DNA of 64,000 bases. Source: Obrimoposthia wandeli. Its lineage: Eukaryota. The translations under genes were made by a program, and so were the position numbers. How positions within the stretch are numbered: position 1 is the first letter of the stretch; every line of letters starts with the position of its first letter. Location of the stretch: NCBI GenBank assembly GCA_977020255.1, contig CDROCS010005363.1, positions 1-64,000 on the forward strand, read 5' to 3'. The notes under the pieces are model-generated. The model was not told the origin of the DNA. It was given only the letters and a program-made list of their open reading frames with translations, and did no database searches. Of the stretch, positions 1-11,547 are shown piece by piece.

Positions 1-284
1 TTAATGAGGTTAAGGCTAAGAAAGTAGCCCAGAAGAAAGCTGCAAAGAAATCTGTGCAAAAGAAAGCTAAGAAGCAATCTGCTAAAGATAAAGCTAAAAA
101 ACAGTCTGTAAAAAAAGCTGATAAGAAGATTGAGAAGAAAGCTGAAAAGAAGACGGCTTCAAAAGTGAAAGCTGCTTCAAAAGTAAAGGCTGCTCCAAAA
201 GCTAAAGCTGCTCCAAAAGCAAAGACTGCTCCAAAAGCAAAGGCTGCTCCAAAAGCTAAAGCGGCTGAGACTACCAAGAAGTAA
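1..284 (+). CDS. Lys/Ala-rich histone H1-like/AlgP-like protein or tail, 5' truncated by window edge
   Basis: Frame is open from base 3 (NEVKAKKVAQKKAAKK...) to TAA at 282-284; extreme K/A content with KAKAAP repeats. Confidence 0.7.
   Translation, partial: NEVKAKKVAQKKAAKKSVQKKAKKQSAKDKAKKQSVKKADKKIEKKAEKKTASKVKAASKVKAAPKAKAAPKAKTAPKAKAAPKAKAAETTKK
162..269 (+). repeat. Six tandem 18-bp (6-aa) coding repeats K(V/A)K(A/T)A(S/P/E)
   Basis: aaagtgaaagctgcttca / aaagtaaaggctgctcca / aaagctaaagctgctcca / aaagcaaagactgctcca / aaagcaaaggctgctcca / aaagctaaagcggctgag. Confidence 0.9.
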
Positions 285-359
285 AGTAGTACCCGCTTAA
301 ATTCACATGGGTATGGCCTTCCTTGGCCAGTTAGAATTTAAATAGAAGGTAATACCTTT

Positions 360-1373
360 CTATTTAAATTCCCCATGCGCCTGCTGGTCGGCATGATACG
401 AAGATCGAACCATTGGGCCACTGGCAACGTGCTTGAAGCCTAATTCTTTGGCTATTCTACCCAGCTCGTCAAACGCTGCGGGTGTCACAAAGCGATGCAC
501 AGGTAAGTGGTTTTTACTTGGCTGTAAGTATTGCCCTAGTGTGATCATGTCGACGTTATGTTCGCGAAGATCTTTCATCACTTCAATAACTTCTTCGTCA
601 GTTTCACCCAAGCCCAGCATGATGCCAGATTTGGTTTTAACTTGTGGGCAGCGCTCTTTGTATTTTTCTAATAAGTCTAACGACCAGTTGTAGTCAGAAC
701 CTGGGCGTGATTCTTTATACAAGCGAGGAACCGTTTCTAGGTTGTGGTTGAATACGTCTGGAACGTTGTTTTCCATAATGGCGAGGGCAACATCCATACG
801 GCCACGGAAATCAGGCACTAATACTTCGATTTCAATACGTGGGCTAAGCGCACGGGTTTCACGAATACAATCAACAAAATGCTGAGCACCACCGTCGCGT
901 AAATCATCTCGATCTACTGAGGTAATCACAACGTACTTTAGCTTCATGTCGGCAATGGCGATTGCTAGGCTTTTTGGCTCTTCTTTATTCAGTTCGTTCG
1001 GGCGGCCGTGGGCTACATCGCAGAACGGGCAACGACGGGTACAGATATCACCCATGATCATGAACGTTGCTGTACCGCCACCAAAGCATTCGCCTAGGTT
1101 TGGGCAGTTGGCTTCTTCGCATACGGTGTGTAAGTCGTGCTTGCGAAGCTTTTGCTTAATTTCGCTAATTTTTGGTGACGCCGGTATACGCACTCGAATC
1201 CAATCAGGCTTGCGCGGCATGGTTTCGGTCGGAATCACTTTTATGGGGATACGGGCTACTTTTTCAGCACCACGAAGTTTTTCACCTTGTACTGCGCGCT
1301 TTGGTTTTGGCTTTTCAGCTGGCTGCTCTGTTGTAACGTTAGCAGTGGGGTTCTCTAAATCAGTCATAAACAC
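360..1373 (-). CDS. lipA: Lipoyl synthase
   Basis: [12 protein letters not shown] auxiliary-cluster motif, radical [12 protein letters not shown]-terminal RSSY. Confidence 0.98.
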   Translation of the reverse strand: MFMTDLENPTANVTTEQPAEKPKPKRAVQGEKLRGAEKVARIPIKVIPTETMPRKPDWIRVRIPASPKISEIKQKLRKHDLHTVCEEANCPNLGECFGGGTATFMIMGDICTRRCPFCDVAHGRPNELNKEEPKSLAIAIADMKLKYVVITSVDRDDLRDGGAQHFVDCIRETRALSPRIEIEVLVPDFRGRMDVALAIMENNVPDVFNHNLETVPRLYKESRPGSDYNWSLDLLEKYKERCPQVKTKSGIMLGLGETDEEVIEVMKDLREHNVDMITLGQYLQPSKNHLPVHRFVTPAAFDELGRIAKELGFKHVASGPMVRSSYHADQQAHGEFK

Positions 1374-1405
1374 CTAGTACGGCTAATGGCTCTTGGATGA
1401 GCGTT

Positions 1406-2128
1406 TTATGCGGGAAGTTCTATGTGGCTAGTATACTGCAAGCATTGGCTTAAGTGATGTTTTAACTTGGTACTTACGTCCAAAAAACACACCTTTTCTG
1501 GCTCTTTACCGCTCTTTTCGCTGATACGAAGAAGCTCAGTTGCCATTTGTGTCATTGCCAATCCCGCGTAACCACAGGGGTTAATACGAAGGAAGGGTTC
1601 CATATCCATATCAATATTCAGTGCCAAGCCGTGAAAGGAACGACCTTGCTTAATACGCAGACCTAATGAGGCAACTTTTGCTTCATTTACGTAGACACCC
1701 GGTGCATCTTTTTTAGGCGTGCTATCAATTTCGTAATCTTTTAGCGTCGCGACGATGGCATTTTCAATCGCGCTGACCAGTTGCCTTGGCCCCCAGTTTT
1801 TACGCTTGATGTCTATCATCAGATACACAACCAGCTGGCCTGGGCCATGGTAGGTTACTTGGCCACCGCGGTCACTTTGTACAACGGGTATGTCACCGGC
1901 AAATAATACGTGTTCTGGTTTTCCTGCTTGGCCTTGGGTGAAAACTCTATGATGTTGCAGCAGCCAAATTTCGTCGTGAGTTTGCTCATTTCTATTTTGG
2001 GTGAAATGCAGCATTTTTTCGTGGATTTGATGGTAGTCGAGCAGGCCTTGTTCTGAAAAGTCGCGCACGGTGAGTACGCAGTTTTCTGAATCATTGTCTT
2101 TTTCAAGGTCAGCTGCTGCATCCATCAT
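1406..2128 (-). CDS. lipB: Octanoyltransferase
   Basis: [35 protein letters not shown] motifs; adjacent to lipA. Confidence 0.97.
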   Translation of the reverse strand: MMDAAADLEKDNDSENCVLTVRDFSEQGLLDYHQIHEKMLHFTQNRNEQTHDEIWLLQHHRVFTQGQAGKPEHVLFAGDIPVVQSDRGGQVTYHGPGQLVVYLMIDIKRKNWGPRQLVSAIENAIVATLKDYEIDSTPKKDAPGVYVNEAKVASLGLRIKQGRSFHGLALNIDMDMEPFLRINPCGYAGLAMTQMATELLRISEKSGKEPEKVCFLDVSTKLKHHLSQCLQYTSHIELPA

Positions 2129-2439
2129 TACATCACCATTTTAACGCATTCAAGTGACTTTAATTCTACGTGCAGTTTCTCTAACTGGTCTTCACCCGTT
2201 GCGGTGATGTACAGGGTAATTGAGCGAAAGGTGCCTTTCGCACTGTCTTTAGAATGAACCTTGCTCATATCTAGGCTTGGATCATAGCGACGCATGATTT
2301 CGATCACGATGGTATCGTAGCCCGCTATACACTGGCCAATAACCTTGACGGGGTAGTTGGCACAAGGGAATTCAATTTTAGGGGCGTCTTGCGGCGCTTT
2401 TGCACCCTTTGGCAGGGTACTCTTTATTGGCATTTTCAT
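2128..2439 (-). CDS. ybeD: YbeD (DUF493) family protein
   Basis: [14 protein letters not shown] and [11 protein letters not shown] motifs; canonical position between dacA and lipB. Confidence 0.9.
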   Translation of the reverse strand: MKMPIKSTLPKGAKAPQDAPKIEFPCANYPVKVIGQCIAGYDTIVIEIMRRYDPSLDMSKVHSKDSAKGTFRSITLYITATGEDQLEKLHVELKSLECVKMVM

Positions 2440-2445
2440 GAGTGC

Positions 2446-3621
2446 TTAACCTTCACCGCCTACTAACTTTATAAAGAATAGCTTAATACCATCCCATAAG
2501 CGGCTGAAGAAGCCTGACTCTGTTAAATCACTTAATGCAACCAGTGGACGTTCTGCTAATACTTTGCCGTCTAATCGAATGGTCAAAGACCCTTGGCTAT
2601 CACCAATATTAAGAGGTGCTGCGATAAATTCGTTGGTCAGGGTTTCTACCTGCAACTGTTCTTTGGCACCACGAGCGATGGTAATGAAGAGGTCGTCGGC
2701 GATACCTACGTCGAACTGAAGTTCTTCACCGTACCATGCTGGTAAGGTTTTAATGCTAGCGCCCGCTTCGTATAAGCGGTGTGTTTCGAAGTAGCGAAAG
2801 CCATAGGTTAATAATTTTTGGGTTTCAGTTGCTCGTGCATTTTCGCTGCGGGTGCCCATAACTACGGCAATCAATCGCATGCCATTGCGCTCGGCTGAAG
2901 CGGTTAAGCAATACCCTGCTTCTTCGGTATGGCCTGTTTTTAATCCGTCTACGCTCGGGTCACGCCATAAAAGTTTGTTGCGGTTAGGCTGGCGAATTTT
3001 ATTAAATTCGAAATATTTTTCTTTATACAGTGAATAATATTCAGGGTGATCGTTGGTAATGGCTTGCGCTAGTATTGCCATATCGTGTGCGCTTGAGTAA
3101 TGCCCTTCTGCTGGCCAACCCGTCGCGTTTTGAAATTGTGTATTGTTCATACCCATGCGTTGAGTATGTTGATTCATCAGATCGACAAAAGCATCTTCTG
3201 ATCCGGCAACGTATTCTGATACCGCGATACTGGCATCATTACCCGATTGAATAATTACGCCTTTAATAAGATCAATAAAGGCGACATCGCGGCCTTCGCG
3301 GATGAACATTTTTGAACCGCCCATTTTCCAGGCTTTTATACTCACGGGAACTTGGTCTTGTTCGTTTAGGTTGCCCAGTGCGAGTTCGTGCGTCGCTAGA
3401 TAACTTGTCATCATCTTGGTCATGCTGGCCGGAGGTAACCGTTTGTCTGCATTTTTTTGAACAAGAATTTCACCGCTCGCGGCGTCCATTAATACGTAGG
3501 CTGTCGCTGCTAGAACAGGAGGCTTTGGAATGATTACTGAGCCTGCTTGTGCGCTTGAAAGTGCATAAGTAAAACTCATTACAGCAACAATACTGGCTTT
3601 AAAAATTTGGCGAATTGTCAT
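2446..3621 (-). CDS. dacA: D-alanyl-D-alanine carboxypeptidase (PBP5/6)
   Basis: SxxK (PASMTK), SGN, KTG motifs; signal peptide. Confidence 0.95.
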   Translation of the reverse strand: MTIRQIFKASIVAVMSFTYALSSAQAGSVIIPKPPVLAATAYVLMDAASGEILVQKNADKRLPPASMTKMMTSYLATHELALGNLNEQDQVPVSIKAWKMGGSKMFIREGRDVAFIDLIKGVIIQSGNDASIAVSEYVAGSEDAFVDLMNQHTQRMGMNNTQFQNATGWPAEGHYSSAHDMAILAQAITNDHPEYYSLYKEKYFEFNKIRQPNRNKLLWRDPSVDGLKTGHTEEAGYCLTASAERNGMRLIAVVMGTRSENARATETQKLLTYGFRYFETHRLYEAGASIKTLPAWYGEELQFDVGIADDLFITIARGAKEQLQVETLTNEFIAAPLNIGDSQGSLTIRLDGKVLAERPLVALSDLTESGFFSRLWDGIKLFFIKLVGGEG

Positions 3622-3734
3622 AAGAATATAATTTAAATATTAGATCAGTGAGTAGAGAAAAATAGAGGGGGCATTGTAACAGCTCAAGGGCCATTGTGCT
3701 AAATGTGATCAGCCGCGATCATCTATATCCAGCG

Positions 3735-4520
3735 TCAAAGCTGATGTGCGGCTAATATCAGGGGCGTCGGTAATTGATTATTTTGTAAAATGGTAATCAC
3801 TTTATCGGTCGCTTGTCCTTCTGGAATGGGACCAATACGAATTTTATGCAAGCTACGCTTTTCATTACTGGTAACCGCTACCGGCCACTGCTGCATAGCT
3901 TGAAGTTTTTGCTGCAGTGCTTTGGCTGATTGTTCGTTACTTAATGCGGTGACTTGTAGCCATTTTTCAGGGCCTTTGGTCGGTGAGGAAATAACCTCCA
4001 TCGTGACCGCGGCGGTTCCTGCTTTATGAATGCCTAACTTAACGGCTGCGGAGTATGAAAGGTCAATGATGCGTCCTTCATGAAAAGGGCCTCGATCATT
4101 CACGCGTACTACAACAGATTCTTGGGTATCGGTGCGGGTGACTTTTACGTAGCTGGGCAGTGGTAGCGTTTTGTGCGCGGCGGTCATTTGATAAACGTCG
4201 TAGATTTCTCCATTGGACGTTGCATGGCCGTGAAACTTCATGCCATACCAAGAGGCAAAACCTGCTTGTTTGAACCCCGCGGCATGAGTCATTACTTCAT
4301 ACTCTTTGCCTAATACGGTATAGCGCTTTGGGTTGCCCATTGAGCTTAAAGGTTCAGTTTTTACTTCAGCATCTTTTAGTGCTGCAGGATCGAGAATGGG
4401 GTTGGGTATGAAGTCTTGGGAATGCTTATAACGTCCTGAGGTGCAGGCCGTTAGATTAATTATGCTAATCGCAAAAAGGCTGATCAGTGTGATCAGCCGA
4501 AAGGGTATGTTCATATTCAT
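3735..4520 (-). CDS. rlpA: Septal ring lytic transglycosylase RlpA lipoprotein with SPOR domain
   Basis: Lipobox LTAC, ASWYG, TAAHKTLP, VNDRGPF, IIDLSY; C-terminal SPOR-like domain. Confidence 0.95.
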   Translation of the reverse strand: MNMNIPFRLITLISLFAISIINLTACTSGRYKHSQDFIPNPILDPAALKDAEVKTEPLSSMGNPKRYTVLGKEYEVMTHAAGFKQAGFASWYGMKFHGHATSNGEIYDVYQMTAAHKTLPLPSYVKVTRTDTQESVVVRVNDRGPFHEGRIIDLSYSAAVKLGIHKAGTAAVTMEVISSPTKGPEKWLQVTALSNEQSAKALQQKLQAMQQWPVAVTSNEKRSLHKIRIGPIPEGQATDKVITILQNNQLPTPLILAAHQL

Positions 4521-4535
4521 GGGGTTATCAGTTTT

Positions 4536-5528
4536 CTACTTAATCGCTTGGCTTAGTTGATAAACGGCCATGGCGTACATGCGGCTATGATTATAGCGTG
4601 TGATCACGTAAAAGTTGTGATTACCCAGCCAAAACTCAGCGCCCTTTTCACCCATTAATTTTACCAAGGTTGCACTCGCGTCGTCGGCAACATCTTCCGT
4701 AGGACTAACACCCAGTGCTTTTAATTCACTCACCGTCCATTTTGGCTTCAAACGATCATTAACCGCGGCTTGATATTTATCGCCCGTAACACGAACTCGC
4801 TGAGTCACGGCTTGATCTTTTTTCCAGCCATGACGTTTAAAGTAGTTTGCAACACTGCCAATTGCGTCTGCTTTATTGGTCCACAAGTCTTTTAAACCAT
4901 CGTTATCATAATCAACGGCATAGGCACGATAACTACTAGGAATGAACTGTCCGTATCCCATTGCGCCGGCATACGATCCTTTTACTTCACTTGGGTTTAC
5001 GTGTTGTTCTTGGCTCATGACGAAGAAGTGCTTCAGCTCACGCCAAAATAATGAACGCTTTGGGTAATCGAACGCTAAGGTCGATAATGAATCTAATACT
5101 CGGTAGCTACCTTGGCGCTTGCCATAATATGTTTCGACGCCAATGATCGCACTGATGATTTCTTTCGGAACACCAAATTCTTTTTCGGCCTTTGCTAGCA
5201 GTTCAGCATTATCAATGATGAATTGCTTACCTTGTGTGATGCGTTTTTCGGTTAAGAAAATTTTGCGATAGTCAGCCCAAGTTTTGGTTTTTTCTGCTGG
5301 ACGAGAAATCGCTTTTAATACAGATTCTAACCGTACTGATTGCTCTAACCAGATTTTAGTTTGCGCGGGCTTGATGCCGTGTTCGGCTTCAAGCTGGCTG
5401 GCGAACTCTTCAAAACGTTCATGCTCTGCATAGTTGGCAGTGGCAGTATGGCTCGCGAATATGGAACAGCTGGCTAACAATAACGCTAATCCACTTTGTT
5501 TTGTTTTTTGCTTAATTCTGTTTATCAC
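4536..5528 (-). CDS. mltB: Lytic murein transglycosylase B
   Basis: IIGVETYYG, GSYAGAMGYGQFIPSSY, YNHSRMYAMAV motifs. Confidence 0.96.
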   Translation of the reverse strand: MINRIKQKTKQSGLALLLASCSIFASHTATANYAEHERFEEFASQLEAEHGIKPAQTKIWLEQSVRLESVLKAISRPAEKTKTWADYRKIFLTEKRITQGKQFIIDNAELLAKAEKEFGVPKEIISAIIGVETYYGKRQGSYRVLDSLSTLAFDYPKRSLFWRELKHFFVMSQEQHVNPSEVKGSYAGAMGYGQFIPSSYRAYAVDYDNDGLKDLWTNKADAIGSVANYFKRHGWKKDQAVTQRVRVTGDKYQAAVNDRLKPKWTVSELKALGVSPTEDVADDASATLVKLMGEKGAEFWLGNHNFYVITRYNHSRMYAMAVYQLSQAIK

Positions 5529-5680
5529 TCTGTTTTCCCTAAACTTGGTAACAATTATATAACGTAAAATTCTGTGAACATTGAAAAACTGTTTATATCT
5601 AAATACTGCGACTTAAGTTAAACCGAAAGCACTGACTTCTCTATTCGATTTACCCTTCTTTTCACTTGTAATATTCAATA

Positions 5681-6826
5681 CTATTTAAATTTATGAGTAT
5701 GCATCGACATCATGATGCCAAAACCTGCTAACAAACTGACTACCGATGTACCGCCCCAGCTTACCAGAGGCAATGGCACTCCGACCACTGGCAATAAGCC
5801 ACTTACCATACCTATATTCACAAAAACATAGATAAAGAAGGTTACGATTAAGCTACCTGATAATAAGCGACCAAATAACGATGGACAAACCGATGCGATA
5901 TATAAGCCACGCATCACAATTAAAAAGTACACGACTAATAATAACAGCACGCCAATAAGGCCTAATTCTTCGGCTAATACGGCAATAATAAAATCGGTAT
6001 GGCTCTCTGGTAGAAACTCTAATTGCGATTGAGTTCCCAGCATCCAGCCTTTTCCTTCAATTCCGCCAGAACCAATCGCTGTTTTTGATTGAATAATATT
6101 CCAACCAGATCCTAACGGGTCGCTCTCAGGATTTAAAAAAGTGAGGACTCGCTGCTTTTGATATCCGTGCATGACGAAGAACCACATCAGTGGCGCACAC
6201 GCGGCAACAATACTGACCATGGAAAATATTATCCACCAAGGCATGCCCGCAAAAAATAACACTAAAATACCCGAAGTGCCGATTAGGATAGACGTTCCCA
6301 GATCAGGTTGTTTTAAAATAAGCACCAGAGGAATGGCAATTAATACCATCGCTTTGGCTAAGGTAAATAATTTTGGCGGTGAGCCTTTGGTTGCCATGTA
6401 CCAGGCAATTAATAACGGTAGCGCTAATTTCATTAATTCTGAAGGCTGAAACCTTGGCAATCCTGGTATCGCTAACCAGCGTTGCGCACCCTTACCTGAA
6501 ACACCCAAGACTAATACTCCGATTAACGCGAGTACGCCGACGATATAGGCCCAAGGAGCCAGTATTTGATAAACCCGTGGCGGTATTTGTGCCGCCACCA
6601 GCAATACAATAAAACCGATCAGGTAATGTATGGCTTGTTTTTGCACCATCGCCGAGCCTTGGCCACTGGCGCTATACAGTATTAATAAGCCGCTTCCACA
6701 CAGCAATACTAATAATACAAATAAAGGTAAGTCGAGGTGAAAACGCGCAAACAATAACTGACTGCGTTTGTAGCCATCTTCATTCGTACCGCGATTCATT
6801 TGGCGACTAAAATCTGTTCCTGCCAT
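5681..6826 (-). CDS. rodA: Rod shape-determining protein RodA (SEDS glycosyltransferase)
   Basis: GAQRW, FQPSELMK, QPDLGT, LPESHTDF, LPLVSWGG motifs; multiple TM helices. Confidence 0.97.
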   Translation of the reverse strand: MAGTDFSRQMNRGTNEDGYKRSQLLFARFHLDLPLFVLLVLLCGSGLLILYSASGQGSAMVQKQAIHYLIGFIVLLVAAQIPPRVYQILAPWAYIVGVLALIGVLVLGVSGKGAQRWLAIPGLPRFQPSELMKLALPLLIAWYMATKGSPPKLFTLAKAMVLIAIPLVLILKQPDLGTSILIGTSGILVLFFAGMPWWIIFSMVSIVAACAPLMWFFVMHGYQKQRVLTFLNPESDPLGSGWNIIQSKTAIGSGGIEGKGWMLGTQSQLEFLPESHTDFIIAVLAEELGLIGVLLLLVVYFLIVMRGLYIASVCPSLFGRLLSGSLIVTFFIYVFVNIGMVSGLLPVVGVPLPLVSWGGTSVVSLLAGFGIMMSMHTHKFK

Positions 6827-8664
6827 TAGCCTTCTGCTCCTGACAGATATTCTTGCATGACCGCTTTCGCAATAGGGCCTGCAGTGCGCCCTGCCGATTC
6901 ACCGTTTTCGACAATCACTGCAATCGCGATGGTGGGATTTTCAACCGGTGCAAAAGCAACAAACAAGGCATGGTCTCGATTACGTTCCGCTAATGCTTCA
7001 GAATCGTATTCTTCATTTTGAGCAATACTCACAACCTGAGCCGTACCGGTTTTTGCGGCCATGGTGAAATTCAAATTTCGGCGAAGGCCCCGTGCGGTTC
7101 CTCTTGGTCCTGTGACAACGGCTTTCATAGCTTTGAACATTTTATCCCAGTTTTTTGGGTCTTTTAAAATGACATCATCCAGCGCTTTGCTATCGTCAAT
7201 TTCGGATTCTCCCGCTAAGGTATCCATTAAGCGGGGTGTATGCCACTTCCCTTTGGCCGCTAACATAGCGGTAGCCGTTGCTAGCTGCATAGGAGTGGTC
7301 AGCATGAAGCCCTGGCCAATACCCAAGTTTAACGTGTCTCCGGCATACCAAGAACGCCTGCGTTTTTTCTTTTTCCATTCACGATCCGGCAATAAACCGG
7401 ATAGCGCATTAGGCACGTCGTAGGTCATGTTTCGACCAAAGCCAAATTTCGCTAAGAAAGGAGATATATTATCCACCGTGGTTTTATAAGCGGCATCATA
7501 AAAATAGGTATCGCACGATTCCATTATTGCGGAGTGAAGATTGATGGTGCCGTGTCCTTTTCTTTTCCAATCTCGATAATAGCGCTCATCATTTTCAAGC
7601 TGATACCAACCTTCGTCTTCAATTTCATCTTGCCAAGTCACTGCATTGGCTTCTAAGAAAGACAAACCTAGAAACGGCTTTAGCGTTGATCCCGGTGGAT
7701 ATTGGCCTCGAATGGCTCGATTGAAAAGAGGTAAGTCTGGATTATTACGCAGCCCTGAATATTCTTTATGCGAAATACCGGTCACAAAGGAGTTAGGATT
7801 ATAACTGGGATTGCTGTACTGAGCTAAAATTCCGCCCGTCGCAACGTCGATCGCAACGACGGCACCTCGGTAGCCTTTCATCGCTATCGCGGAGGCTTGC
7901 TGTAATCGCTGATCGAGGTGTAAGACCAAGTCTTTACCTGGCACAGGATCAACTTGCTCGATCACTTGTAAAATTCGCCCACGGGCATTGGTCTCGACTT
8001 TTTGATAGCCCACTTGTCCGTGCAATTCGCTTTCGTAGCGGCGTTCAATTCCCAACTTACCCACATGTTTCGTCGCTCGGTATTGCTTCTTATCTAAGCG
8101 CTGGGCTTCTTTTTCGTTAATTCGCCCGACGTAACCTAATGCGTGTACGGAGGTCTCTGCTTCTGGGTAATGACGAACAAGTCGCGCTTCAACATCGATG
8201 CCTGGCAAATAAAATCGATTCACCATTACCTTCGCAATTTCTTTTTCATCCAATTTATATTTAACAACAATAGGCTCATAAGGACGACGACTGTATTTTA
8301 ATCGCTTACGGAATTGCTCTTCGTCACGCTCACTGATGTCTAATAATGTTCTGAGGTAAACGAGGGTTTCATCGAGATCATTAATTCGTTCTTTTACTAA
8401 GGTTAGGCTGTAGCTAGGAATATTTTCGGCCAGTAGAATGCCGTTACGATCGAAGATGAGGCCACGGGTAGGAGCTATGGGTCTTAATTGAATGCGGTTG
8501 TTTTCGGAGAGATCTTGATATTTTTCATGCTCTACAATTTGTAGAAAGGCGATGCGACTGCCCAGTACGCATAATAAGATGAAGATGAAGATCGTCATGA
8601 AGATGGCGCGACTGCGAAACAGCCTTTGCTCTGCCATTCTATCCCTGAACGAATTACCCCACAT
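6826..8664 (-). CDS. mrdA: Penicillin-binding protein 2
   Basis: RGLIFDRNG, PGSTLK (SxxK), SCD, KTGTAQ motifs; N-terminal TM; 1-nt overlap with rodA. Confidence 0.97.
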   Translation of the reverse strand: MWGNSFRDRMAEQRLFRSRAIFMTIFIFILLCVLGSRIAFLQIVEHEKYQDLSENNRIQLRPIAPTRGLIFDRNGILLAENIPSYSLTLVKERINDLDETLVYLRTLLDISERDEEQFRKRLKYSRRPYEPIVVKYKLDEKEIAKVMVNRFYLPGIDVEARLVRHYPEAETSVHALGYVGRINEKEAQRLDKKQYRATKHVGKLGIERRYESELHGQVGYQKVETNARGRILQVIEQVDPVPGKDLVLHLDQRLQQASAIAMKGYRGAVVAIDVATGGILAQYSNPSYNPNSFVTGISHKEYSGLRNNPDLPLFNRAIRGQYPPGSTLKPFLGLSFLEANAVTWQDEIEDEGWYQLENDERYYRDWKRKGHGTINLHSAIMESCDTYFYDAAYKTTVDNISPFLAKFGFGRNMTYDVPNALSGLLPDREWKKKKRRRSWYAGDTLNLGIGQGFMLTTPMQLATATAMLAAKGKWHTPRLMDTLAGESEIDDSKALDDVILKDPKNWDKMFKAMKAVVTGPRGTARGLRRNLNFTMAAKTGTAQVVSIAQNEEYDSEALAERNRDHALFVAFAPVENPTIAIAVIVENGESAGRTAGPIAKAVMQEYLSGAEG

Positions 8665-8720
8665 TCATGTTTCTCGCTTTCTTATTATTAGCTGATTATT
8701 TAATAGAGATTAGATTTATC

Positions 8721-9188
8721 TTATTTATGGTATGGATGATTTTGCAGTATCGTCCAAGCACGGTAAACCTGCTCTGCCATTACAATACGGACAAGGGGAT
8801 GTGGCAAGGTTAAATTTGATAAAGACCAACGCTGATTCGCGCGCGCCATCACTTCATCACTCATGCCATCGGGGCCACCGATTAATAAACAGATGTCTTT
8901 GCCATCCATTCGCCAGCCGGCTAATTGCTCGCTGAGCTGTTCAGTGCTCCAAGGTTTGCCTTTAACATCGAGTGCAACAACCCATTCTTGGGGTTTGATT
9001 GCTTTAAGCAGCATTTCACCTTCTTGCTGCTTAACCTTGGCCACGGAGGTACTTTTGCCTCGGTGACCACTGGCTAACTCCACCAGCTCTAAACTGCAGT
9101 CGGAAGGTAGGCGTTTGGCATATTCTTTATAGCCTTGCTCTACCCAGGATGGCATCTTTTGACCGACGGCTAATAAACGCAATTTCAT
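8721..9188 (-). CDS. rlmH: 23S rRNA (pseudouridine1915-N3)-methyltransferase
   Basis: [19 protein letters not shown]-terminal HPYH. Confidence 0.97.
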   Translation of the reverse strand: MKLRLLAVGQKMPSWVEQGYKEYAKRLPSDCSLELVELASGHRGKSTSVAKVKQQEGEMLLKAIKPQEWVVALDVKGKPWSTEQLSEQLAGWRMDGKDICLLIGGPDGMSDEVMARANQRWSLSNLTLPHPLVRIVMAEQVYRAWTILQNHPYHK

Positions 9189-9224
9189 AGTAATCTTTCT
9201 CTCTAAAGAGCTATTGGCTATGAA

Positions 9225-9593
9225 TTATTTTGCGCCTAATTCTGCACTTAGATCGGTAGGCTTCTCTTCGCTTTGCTCGCCCCATAGGCGCTCTAAGTCG
9301 TAGAAGTTACGTGCTTGTTCAGTCATTACATGAACAATCACATCGCCTAGATCCAGTAGCATCCAGTCAGATGAATCACGACCTTCAGCACCCAGTGGCT
9401 TTAAGCCTTTGGCTTTTGCGTCGGTAGATGCATTATCACACACGGCTTGGGCGTGCTTTTTTGACGTACCAGTCGCTAAGATCATGTAATCAGTTACCGA
9501 AGAACGGCCTTTTACATCAATTACTGTGATGTCTTTAGCCTTCATGTCTTCTAGGGCGTTGATAACTAATTTTTTAATTTCTTCAGTTTGCAT
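9225..9593 (-). CDS. rsfS: Ribosome silencing factor
   Basis: DMKAKDI, DYMILATG, WMLLDLGDVIVH, YDLERLW; ATG at 9593 preferred over 9620, which overlaps nadD. Confidence 0.95.
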   Translation of the reverse strand: MQTEEIKKLVINALEDMKAKDITVIDVKGRSSVTDYMILATGTSKKHAQAVCDNASTDAKAKGLKPLGAEGRDSSDWMLLDLGDVIVHVMTEQARNFYDLERLWGEQSEEKPTDLSAELGAK

Positions 9594-9612
9594 TGAGTCT
9601 TCGCTATGGCTT

Positions 9613-10266
9613 TCAGTCAAGTTGATAAAGTTGGTGTTCTGCTATGTAATTTAATACGACTTCTGGGGTTAATAATTGAGCCCCTTGGCCTTGCACTAAT
9701 AAGCTGCGCAAATAGGTTGCAGAAACATCTAATAAGCGCCAATTGAGGCGTATTAGCTTTCCATTTGTGCATTCTAACAAATTATCCAGCTCTGTGGCGT
9801 GTTCTTTCAACCATTGGGCTTGTAATGTATCGACCGAGAACTGATTTTCATGACCTCGGTTGATGATTACTAGGTTTGCGAGGTTTAAAAAATCACTAAT
9901 TCGATGCCAGCGGTGGATAGATTCCCAAGCATCGTCTCCAATTACCCAACTTAAAGCGGTATTTGGGGGTAATTGTTCTCGTAGTAGCTCTAATGTCGCC
10001 ACACTGTAGCTGGGTGATTCACGCTTCAGCTCAATGTCGTCGGCGACGATTCCTGTGATGCCTTGCTCGACTAAATTGTCACAGGCAAGCCGCACCATTG
10101 CCAGTCGATGTTCAGCACTGGCTTTCGGCTGATCTCGATGAGGCGGCACACTATTGGGAATTAGACGAACTTCATCAAAACCGGCCAAACGCAATTCGAC
10201 GGCCATTCGCAGATGCCCGATATGAATCGGGTCAAAGGTGCCGCCTAATAACGCTATGTGCTTCAT
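9613..10266 (-). CDS. nadD: Nicotinate-nucleotide adenylyltransferase
   Basis: GGTFDPIHIGH (HxGH) motif, PPHR, SAT. Confidence 0.96.
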   Translation of the reverse strand: MKHIALLGGTFDPIHIGHLRMAVELRLAGFDEVRLIPNSVPPHRDQPKASAEHRLAMVRLACDNLVEQGITGIVADDIELKRESPSYSVATLELLREQLPPNTALSWVIGDDAWESIHRWHRISDFLNLANLVIINRGHENQFSVDTLQAQWLKEHATELDNLLECTNGKLIRLNWRLLDVSATYLRSLLVQGQGAQLLTPEVVLNYIAEHQLYQLD

Positions 10267-10287
10267 ATCTAGATTTGCTGTTTTTAT

Positions 10288-11547
10288 CTACTTACGAATT
10301 TCGCCATCACCTAGCACAACATACTTCTGCGAGGTGAGGCCATCAAGACCAACTGGGCCACGGGCGTGAATTTTGTCGGTTGAGATGCCGATTTCAGCGC
10401 CTAAACCATATTCAAAGCCATCAGCAAAACGGGTTGAGGCGTTGATCATTACCGAGCTGGAATCGACTTCGACTAAGAAGCGACGAGACTTGGTATAGTT
10501 TTCACTGATGATGCTATCGGTATGGTGTGAGCCGTGAACATTGATGTGTTCAATCGCTTCGTCGATATTGGCTACAATCTTGATCGCTAAGATAGGGGCA
10601 AGATATTCGGTATCCCAATCTTCTGCGTTGGCCGCGATGGCAACAGGCAAGATCGCCATTGTTTTTTCACAACCGCGCAGCTCAACACCCAGCGCGGTAT
10701 AAGCCGAGGCTAGATCAGGCAATATTCTTTCGGCAATATTTTGGTGAACCAATAAGGTCTCCATGGTATTGCAGGTGCCGTAGCGATGAGTTTTTGAATT
10801 GATCGCAACGTTCGTCGCTTTCACTAGATCAGCATCGTCGTCTATATAGACATGACAAATACCATCGAGGTGTTTAATAACAGCAACTTTCGCATCACGG
10901 CTAACGCGCTCAATCAGGCCTTTGCCACCACGAGGGACGATCACATCGACATATTCAGGCATGGTGATCAATTCACCCACTGCTGCTCGGTCTGTAGTTT
11001 CAACAACCTGAACAGCTTCTGATGGTAATCCCGCTTCTTCTAAGCCTTTAGCAATACAAATAGCTAACGCTTGGTTTGATTCTATCGCTTCTGAGCCACC
11101 GCGTAAGATGGTTGCATTGCCCGATTTTAAGCATAAGCTGGCGGCTTCGATGGTCACGTTTGGACGTGATTCATAAATAATACCGACAACGCCTAGAGGC
11201 ACTCGCATTTTTCCGACTTGAATGCCACTTGGGCGATAGTTCAAATCGGTGATGCCACCGACGGGATCAGCAAGGCCTGCAACCTGTCTTAGGCCTTCTA
11301 GCATGGTATCGATGCGGCCATCGGTCAGTTCAAGGCGATCAAGTAACGCGGCGTCTAGGCCATTTTCTTCACCACGTGCCATATCGGCGGCATTGGCTTG
11401 CTTTAAGGCTTCGCGGCTAGCTTCGATTTGTGCAGCGATATTCAATAATGCTTGGTTTTTAATCCCTGTGGTCGCACGAGCCATCGCTCGAGACGCTTGG
11501 CGCGCTTGCTGACCTAGAGTTTGCATATATTGTTGGATTTCCATCAT
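10288..11547 (-). CDS. proA: Gamma-glutamyl phosphate reductase
   Basis: [41 protein letters not shown]. Confidence 0.97.
   Translation of the reverse strand: MMEIQQYMQTLGQQARQASRAMARATTGIKNQALLNIAAQIEASREALKQANAADMARGEENGLDAALLDRLELTDGRIDTMLEGLRQVAGLADPVGGITDLNYRPSGIQVGKMRVPLGVVGIIYESRPNVTIEAASLCLKSGNATILRGGSEAIESNQALAICIAKGLEEAGLPSEAVQVVETTDRAAVGELITMPEYVDVIVPRGGKGLIERVSRDAKVAVIKHLDGICHVYIDDDADLVKATNVAINSKTHRYGTCNTMETLLVHQNIAERILPDLASAYTALGVELRGCEKTMAILPVAIAANAEDWDTEYLAPILAIKIVANIDEAIEHINVHGSHHTDSIISENYTKSRRFLVEVDSSSVMINASTRFADGFEYGLGAEIGISTDKIHARGPVGLDGLTSQKYVVLGDGEIRK

Noticed and set aside
360-11547. lip-dac-mrd-rlmH-rsfS-nadD-proA cluster as a novel arrangement
   Set aside because: Matches the well-known conserved gammaproteobacterial order.
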